Shown piece after piece: positions 59,580 through 64,000 of a stretch of 64,000 nt of DNA. This stretch comes from a virus, in the IMG/VR virus record IMGVR_UViG_3300044733_003647, positions 64,001-128,000 of that record; one strand, 5' to 3'. Within the stretch, counting starts at the first letter, position 1. Each line of letters starts with the position of its first letter. The notes beneath the pieces were generated by a model that saw only the letters and a program-made list of their open reading frames with translations, was not told where the DNA came from and searched no databases. The translations under genes and the position numbers were made by a program.

Positions 59580-59784
59580 TAAGTATGATAATTAAGTTGT
59601 CGGATGTGTGAAAGCAAGAGCCTCGAAATTCTTGTAAGTTGGACCTAATTAGTCTAGTAGCAAACAAGTAACACTATCACTGACGGATCCTAAGAGTAGA
59701 AATACTCATAAGCACAGGCGCTGATAAATTGTGCATAATGCTTCCAATGTTGTGATGGAAGAACTTAATTATCATTCTTATGGC
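59576..59784 (+). ncRNA. Putative structured RNA closed by a 23-bp inverted repeat
   Basis: GCCATAAGTATGATAATTAAGTT / AACTTAATTATCATTCTTATGGC (22/23). Confidence 0.55.
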
Positions 59785-59798
59785 AAAGGAGATATGCA

Positions 59799-60257
59799 AT
59801 GAAAAAAATTGTATTGTCTATATTATTGTCTTTACCTTTATTTGCTCATGCATGTAAAGGTTATGTGATAGGATTTAAAGGTTTGAATGATTCATTTAAT
59901 TCTGTTGCATTTCAGAAATACTCAAATCGTTTAGGTTATTGTGGTAAATCTTTTTCTTGGTTTCAAGATAGAGAAGCATTACAATACATTCAAACACTAA
60001 AGAAACCTTATCGCCTTTATGGTTTCAGTAGAGGCGCACAGACAGTTTCAGATGTGTTAAAACAAACGAAAAGAAAACCTGAGTATGTCGTGACCATTGG
60101 TGCTTACAAAACTGCGAATGTTAATTTTGATGAGTACGATATACGTTATGATAATTTTTTTGACCATTCTGGAGTAGGTCAGAAAAGCCCAGGAGTATTT
60201 TTCAATGTGTCTCATGCAGACATAGAGAAAGAAGTTAGTGAATTTATAATAGAATAA
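59799..60257 (+). CDS. Exported alpha/beta-hydrolase-like protein
   Basis: Signal peptide MKKIVLSILLSLPLFAHA; GFSRG nucleophile elbow; AGGAG SD. Confidence 0.65.
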   Translation: MKKIVLSILLSLPLFAHACKGYVIGFKGLNDSFNSVAFQKYSNRLGYCGKSFSWFQDREALQYIQTLKKPYRLYGFSRGAQTVSDVLKQTKRKPEYVVTIGAYKTANVNFDEYDIRYDNFFDHSGVGQKSPGVFFNVSHADIEKEVSEFIIE

Positions 60258-60258
60258 T

Positions 60259-60350
60259 GGAAGCGTGCCAGAGTCCGGTTTATTGGAACAGTCTTGAAAA
60301 CTGTCGATCTAGAAATAGGTCCGTGAGTTCGAATCTCACCGCTTCCACCA
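60259..60350 (+). tRNA. tRNA-Ser(TGA)
   Basis: ACAGT-CTTGAAA-ACTGT, long variable arm, CCA. Confidence 0.92.
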
Positions 60351-60353
60351 ATT

Positions 60354-60427
60354 CAGGGTATATGATAGTGGCAGTCGCCGAGGTTTGGAACCTTGTAGTG
60401 CAAGTTCGATTCTTGCTACCCTGACCA
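60354..60427 (+). tRNA. tRNA-Pro(TGG) copy 1 (divergent)
   Basis: CGAGG-TTTGGAA-CCTTG, CCA. Confidence 0.85.
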
Positions 60428-60437
60428 CAAAGATTTC

Positions 60438-60527
60438 GGAGAGTGGGCAGGATGGTAATGCAGCGGATTGCTAATCCGTAGATCGTGTAACAGCGGTCAG
60501 TGGGTTCGACTCCCACACTCTCCACCA
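60438..60527 (+). tRNA. tRNA-Ser(GCT)
   Basis: GCGGA-TTGCTAA-TCCGT, long variable arm, CCA. Confidence 0.92.
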
Positions 60528-60529
60528 AT

Positions 60530-60620
60530 ACCTCTGTAGTTTAATGGTAAAACAGCGGATTTATACCCCGTAGCGCCAGATAAGCGGCTGATGTGAGTTC
60601 GATTCTCACCAGAGGTACCA
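60530..60620 (+). tRNA. Atypical tRNA with TAT anticodon and long variable arm
   Basis: ACCTCTG/CAGAGGT acceptor, GCGGA-TTTATAC-CCCGT, about 21-nt variable region, CCA. Confidence 0.75.
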
Positions 60621-60626
60621 ATTTAT

Positions 60627-60702
60627 GTGGGTGTGACCCGAAAGGCTAGGGAACGGATTGCAAATCCGTTTTATGCAGGTTCGATTCCTGTCACCCACTC
60701 CA
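60627..60702 (+). tRNA. tRNA-Cys(GCA)
   Basis: ACGGA-TTGCAAA-TCCGT, U73, CCA. Confidence 0.9.
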
Positions 60703-60729
60703 GTTCATTCGCCATTCGCGAATAGAGAA

Positions 60730-60819
60730 TGTTGTTAAAAAACAACAGTATGGTTGACAGATTCGGTAGTTCTGTTACAATACATTCATACGTTGAGAAA
60801 TCAACATGTTCTTTAAAAA
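60730..60819 (+). promoter_or_regulatory. tRNA-array promoter 2 with the same architecture
   Basis: TGTTG-N8-CAACA-N6-TTGACA-N16-TACAAT, then TGTTCTTTAAAAA (60807-60819). Confidence 0.75.
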
Positions 60820-60824
60820 TTTAC

Positions 60825-60913
60825 GCGAGTGTGGTGGAACGGTATACACAGCAGACTTAAAATCTGCCAGGACCGCAAGGTCCTTGAGGGTTCGAATCCC
60901 TCCACTCGCACCA
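60825..60913 (+). tRNA. tRNA-Leu(TAA)
   Basis: GCAGA-CTTAAAA-TCTGC, long variable arm, CCA. Confidence 0.92.
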
Positions 60914-60915
60914 AT

Positions 60916-60991
60916 GCACCTATCGTCTAACGGTTAGGACGGCGCCCTTTCAAGGCGCAAACGAGGGGTTCGATTCCCCCTAGGTGTACCA
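60916..60991 (+). tRNA. tRNA-Glu(TTC)
   Basis: GCGCC-CTTTCAA-GGCGC, CCA. Confidence 0.9.
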
Positions 60992-61138
60992 TTTGTTTAG
61001 TGTTATCAAGGTATCGTGTATGGACGCATACACTATTCGGGCTCAACCGGCCGGGAACGGGTCCTGATATAACTGCATCGGCTTTGAAGAGGAAGCACCT
61101 CAATTCTAAATTTGCACGATAACACTAAACAAATGGTA
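60987..61138 (+). ncRNA. Putative structured RNA closed by a perfect 21-bp inverted repeat
   Basis: TACCATTTGTTTAGTGTTATC / GATAACACTAAACAAATGGTA. Confidence 0.55.
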
Positions 61139-61144
61139 ATTTAT

Positions 61145-61218
61145 GGGGGTATAACTTAGTGGTAAAGTATCCGGCTTTTAACCGGAAAACCAGAGTTCAA
61201 TTCTCTGTGCCCCTACCA
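61145..61218 (+). tRNA. tRNA-Lys(TTT)
   Basis: TCCGG-CTTTTAA-CCGGA, CCA. Confidence 0.92.
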
Positions 61219-61329
61219 TATAAAAACACATTGTCATGCAGCACAGCCGAATCTGTGTGTAACTCCTAGGCGTAACCTATTGTGAGAAATAGGGGAGTGC
61301 AATTCTCATCAGTGTGTTTCTATATGGTA
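61214..61329 (+). ncRNA. Putative structured RNA closed by a 20-bp inverted repeat
   Basis: TACCATATAAAAACACATTG / CAGTGTGTTTCTATATGGTA (one mismatch, one G-U). Confidence 0.5.
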
Positions 61330-61331
61330 AA

Positions 61332-61485
61332 TTATTTGTTGAAAGCCTGACAGAAAGTGCTTAACCAGCGGCCTAACTCTCAAGGTAATACCAACCCTTG
61401 CACTTATTGCTGTGGTGGCAATCGCTTCCAAGGGGACCACTTTATTACTAGGTCTTAAACAGTAGAGAGTGCTTTCAACAAATAA
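61332..61485 (+). ncRNA. Putative structured RNA closed by a perfect 15-bp inverted repeat
   Basis: TTATTTGTTGAAAGC / GCTTTCAACAAATAA. Confidence 0.5.
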
Positions 61486-61557
61486 AAAGGGAGAATCGCC
61501 GCGAGGCGTATTCTTAAACGACCTGTAGAACTCCCAGGCGTCCCGTAGTTAGTTTTT

Positions 61558-61650
61558 GGAGGTCTTGATGCTAAGGCGTGTGCATCACCGGACTGTAAAT
61601 CCGGTCCCTCGTGGTAAACATTCGCGGTTCGACTCCGTGGACCTCCACCA
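61558..61650 (+). tRNA. tRNA-Tyr(GTA)
   Basis: CCGGA-CTGTAAA-TCCGG, long variable arm, CCA. Confidence 0.9.
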
Positions 61651-61668
61651 ATTTAATAGGAGAGTACT

Positions 61669-61872
61669 ATGTTAATTTCAGAAATATCAAATTATACCAC
61701 TTGGGTGGGTGATATTAGAAAAACAATAGTAAGAGAAATTTTTAAATATGATGAGGGTAATGATGTAATAGTTGTAACAGTTCATGGTCAAGAATTTGCA
61801 CAACTGTATAGTGAAAAAGGAAAAGAAGTTTCACAAGATAATAAAGGAACGAATATAGATATTCGTGCTTAA
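61669..61872 (+). CDS. Hypothetical protein
   Basis: 67-aa ORF with AGGAG SD inside the tRNA array. Confidence 0.6.
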   Translation: MLISEISNYTTWVGDIRKTIVREIFKYDEGNDVIVVTVHGQEFAQLYSEKGKEVSQDNKGTNIDIRA

Positions 61873-61877
61873 GATTT

Positions 61878-61952
61878 GGTCTCAAAGTGTTCATGGACGC
61901 ACGTATGCCTGTCACGCATAAAGAAGGGGATCGTTACCCCTTGGGACCGCCA
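61878..61952 (+). tRNA. tRNA-Asp(GTC)
   Basis: TATGC-CTGTCAC-GCATA; T-loop ATCGTTA; G73, CCA. Confidence 0.88.
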
Positions 61953-61956
61953 GAAC

Positions 61957-62157
61957 GTTCTGTCTAATCAACAGATAGTCTGACCCGGACGATGAGAAGT
62001 GGTGTGATATCCACGGGTGGTACACTTTAAACCGAAAGTGCGTTGGCAATACGATAACGGTCCCTGTCGGGAAGCGGGTGGAAGGTATGCGTGATGGATA
62101 TGAGAGACAACCAACTAAATCCTGATGTACTACAATTACCGCCGGGGGACGCAGAGC
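61957..62157 (+). ncRNA. Putative GC-rich structured RNA after tRNA-Asp
   Basis: Ends pair (GTTCTGT/GCAGAGC; CCCGG/CCGGG); internal hairpins; no credible ORF. Confidence 0.45.
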
Positions 62158-62248
62158 ATATTGAAACACATTCGCCTTCCCATGGTGGGAAGGTCCCGTA
62201 AAGCTGTCCTAGGCGGTGGGGTAGTTGCAAGAAGTGTGTTTCAATATG
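62157..62248 (+). ncRNA. Putative structured RNA closed by a perfect 14-bp inverted repeat
   Basis: CATATTGAAACACA / TGTGTTTCAATATG. Confidence 0.5.
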
Positions 62249-62394
62249 GTGTCTGCAAACTGCTCACTTGTTGAACCTATAATTTACTAGACGGGTGACT
62301 AGGATGGTTCGCAACCTTAAAGGTATGATCCGTACAGCGTTAACGGACAGTCTAGTAAGTCGGATATGAGCACCGACCACCATTTTATTTTTAT

Positions 62395-62469
62395 TCCAGT
62401 GTAGCACAGCGGTAGTGCAGGTGACTGTTAATCACTTGGTCGTTGGTTCGATCCCAGCCACTGGAGCCA
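62395..62469 (+). tRNA. tRNA-Asn(GTT)
   Basis: GGTGA-CTGTTAA-TCACT, CCA. Confidence 0.92.
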
Positions 62470-62476
62470 ATTTAAT

Positions 62477-62553
62477 CCGAGTATAGCGCAGTCTGGTAGC
62501 GCACCTGGTTTGGGACCAGGGGGTCGGGAGTTCGAACCTCTCTACTCGGACCA
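62477..62553 (+). tRNA. tRNA-Pro(TGG) copy 2
   Basis: CCTGG-TTTGGGA-CCAGG, CCA. Confidence 0.93.
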
Positions 62554-62607
62554 ACACTCGCCTTGACTTATGGCGTATAATAAGAAAAATAATAAGTCAT
62601 CTTTTTT

Positions 62608-62683
62608 GGGCTGATAGTGATACTGGGGTACACGCTGGTTTTGCAATCCAGAGATAGGAGTTCGATCCTCCTTCGGTCCACCA
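62608..62683 (+). tRNA. tRNA-Ala(TGC)
   Basis: Loop TTTGCAA; G3-U70 pair; CCA. Confidence 0.88.
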
Positions 62684-62689
62684 ATTAAT

Positions 62690-62764
62690 GGTACTATGAC
62701 GTAGACGGATGCGTACCGGTTTCATAAGCCGAGGAGATTGGATCGTTACCAATTAGTACCACCA
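62690..62764 (+). tRNA. tRNA-Met(CAT), elongator-like
   Basis: CCGGT-TTCATAA-GCCGA; T-loop ATCGTTA; CCA. Confidence 0.8.
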
Positions 62765-62767
62765 TAA

Positions 62768-62845
62768 CCGCCCGTAACTCAGTGGACTTAGAGTGCTTGG
62801 CTACGAACTAAGAAGTCGGGAGTTCGAATCTCTCCGGGCGGTCCA
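62768..62845 (+). tRNA. tRNA-Arg(ACG)
   Basis: CTTGG-CTACGAA-CTAAG, CCA. Confidence 0.92.
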
Positions 62846-62849
62846 TTTT

Positions 62850-62924
62850 ACCCTTGTAGCTCAGAGGAAGAGCACCGTCTTGATAAGGCGTAGGTCGACA
62901 TTTCGAAATTGTCCAAGGGTACCA
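62850..62924 (+). tRNA. tRNA-Ile(GAT)
   Basis: Loop TTGATAA, CCA. Confidence 0.88.
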
Positions 62925-62927
62925 AAT

Positions 62928-63001
62928 ATCTCGCTGGTGTAATGGCAGCATCACAGTCTCCAAAACTGTTGGTCGGGGTTCGAGTCCCTGGCGGGATGCC
63001 A
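62928..63001 (+). tRNA. tRNA-Trp(CCA)
   Basis: ACAGT-CTCCAAA-ACTGT, CCA. Confidence 0.92.
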
Positions 63002-63027
63002 TAAGTAAAATAAGAAAGGTGATTGAT

Positions 63028-63516
63028 ATGAAAAATTTCAATTTGCAAGAAGTAAAAGAATTTGTCTTGAATCAAGGACCCGATACGAAAGTTTATTTGG
63101 GTGCAGACTCAGAACGTATTCGTGTTAATGGTGTTTGGTATGCAGATTATGCTCTTGCAGTTGTAGTTCATATCGATGGTCGCCATGGTTGTAAAATCTT
63201 TGGTTATGTTGAGAGAGAACTGGATTACGATCATAAGAAAAGTAAACCAGCAATGCGTCTGATGACTGAAGTTTATAAAGTGTCTGAATTGTTCCAAAGT
63301 TTGGCTGATGTGTTGGAAGACCGTCATGTTGAAGTTCACTTAGACCTTAATAAGTCTGATGAATACGGAAGTTCATGCGTTGTACAACAAGCAATTGGTT
63401 ATATCAAAGGTACATGTAACATGACACCTATGGTTAAACCAGATGCACCAGCTGCTTCGTTCTGTGCAGACCGATTAAAACGGATTCTTACAGAACAAGT
63501 AACTGTAACATGTTAA
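63028..63516 (+). CDS. RNase H-like YkuK/DUF458 family protein
   Basis: VYLGADSE...RLMTEVYK...EVHLDLN...GYI...VKPDA.AAS..AD. Confidence 0.8.
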   Translation: MKNFNLQEVKEFVLNQGPDTKVYLGADSERIRVNGVWYADYALAVVVHIDGRHGCKIFGYVERELDYDHKKSKPAMRLMTEVYKVSELFQSLADVLEDRHVEVHLDLNKSDEYGSSCVVQQAIGYIKGTCNMTPMVKPDAPAASFCADRLKRILTEQVTVTC

Positions 63517-63523
63517 TGACGAT

Positions 63524-63599
63524 GGAGTTATTAGTGTAGTGGACTGCACACCTTGCTGTGACCGAGGTAGTATGAGTTCGATCCTCATATAACTCCCCA
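63524..63599 (+). tRNA. tRNA-His(GTG)
   Basis: CCTTG-CTGTGAC-CGAGG; G-1/C73; CCA. Confidence 0.9.
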
Positions 63600-63605
63600 A
63601 ATTAT

Positions 63606-63680
63606 GCCTTGTTAACTCAGCGGTAGAGTGTCTCCCTTACAAGGAGAAGGTCGGCGGTTCGATCCCGTCACAAGGTACCA
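63606..63680 (+). tRNA. tRNA-Val(TAC)
   Basis: TCTCC-CTTACAA-GGAGA, CCA. Confidence 0.92.
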
Positions 63681-63683
63681 ATT

Positions 63684-63759
63684 GCTGCTTTAGCTGATGT
63701 GGTCATAGCGGCGGCCTGAAGAGCCGTTGAAGTTGGTTCGATTCCAACAGGCAGCGCCA
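63684..63759 (+). tRNA. tRNA-Phe(GAA)
   Basis: GCGGC-CTGAAGA-GCCGT, CCA. Confidence 0.88.
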
Positions 63760-63760
63760 A

Positions 63761-63834
63761 GCTCTCATAGTATAATGGTATTACATACCCTTGGTAAGGG
63801 TAAAACACAAGTTCAATTCTTGTTGGGAGCACCA
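63761..63834 (+). tRNA. tRNA-Thr(GGT)
   Basis: TACCC-TTGGTAA-GGGTA, CCA. Confidence 0.92.
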
Positions 63835-63977
63835 ATGTTGGGAATAACCAACGGTTTGAATTCAGCTTTCGCTTGATTAATTATTGGATGTGGTGTAAAA
63901 TACCTACTTGTTGTAAGATAAATGCAGTGATGCACATTAGCTGAGATTTTTATAGGTTCATTCATAAAAGTATATAT

Positions 63978-64000
63978 GCCCCGGTGACGGAATCGGTATA
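63978..64000 (+). tRNA. Start of another tRNA (Leu-like), truncated by window end
   Basis: GCCCCGG-TG-ACGGAATCGGTATA acceptor/D-arm pattern. Confidence 0.5.

Noticed and set aside
60530-60620. Ochre suppressor (TTA anticodon) reading of the atypical tRNA
   Set aside because: Centring the loop on TTA destroys the anticodon stem; the TAT register keeps 4 of 5 pairs.
59576-62400. CRISPR-like array in the tRNA spacers
   Set aside because: The repeats are inverted and differ between elements; there are no regularly spaced direct repeats and no cas genes.
62563-62590. Third sigma70 promoter in the tRNA array (TTGACT...TATAAT)
   Set aside because: The spacing is only 7 nt; the sequence is better explained as a pseudoknot.
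60280-63075. Minus-strand ORFs over tRNAs (60280-60528, 61912-62169, 62027-62230, 62808-63041, 62848-63075)
   Set aside because: These are typical antisense translations of tRNA and structured RNA sequence.
63813-63965. 50-aa minus-strand ORF MNEPIKISANVHHC...
   Set aside because: No SD or motif, and it overlaps tRNA-Thr; cannot be supported without homologues.

Overview
This is a 64-kb segment of a large T4-like myophage genome with almost every gene on the + strand. 1-10 kb: the end of a tail spike/fibre gene, then a tightly coupled 12-gene operon encoding four radical SAM enzymes, three 2OG-Fe(II) oxygenases, a JmjC/cupin protein, three unknown proteins and a 190-aa virion-like protein whose only Cys/His residues form a C-terminal CHASCHSSCHGSRSRR tail. 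This is a candidate RiPP-style system that modifies a phage protein. 10-26 kb: tail fibre and adhesin genes (beta-propeller, Gly-rich, LamG). 26-41 kb: the T4 core morphogenesis block (gp13-gp23, gp3). 41-55 kb: recombination and replication genes (uvsY, uvsW, gp55, gp47/46, gp1, gp45, gp44/62, regA) plus accessory genes. 55-59 kb: hsp20 with a structured leader, rubrerythrin/rubredoxin and other auxiliary genes. 59-64 kb: a 22-tRNA array interleaved with unannotated structured RNAs. The most striking non-obvious element lies just upstream of the array. It is a 34-codon leader ORF containing all 20 amino acids, with its first 27 codons all different, overlapping a mutually exclusive antiterminator/terminator pair. 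It looks like a ribosome-dependent attenuator that senses the whole tRNA pool. All family assignments come from recognising motifs by eye; no database searches were run.
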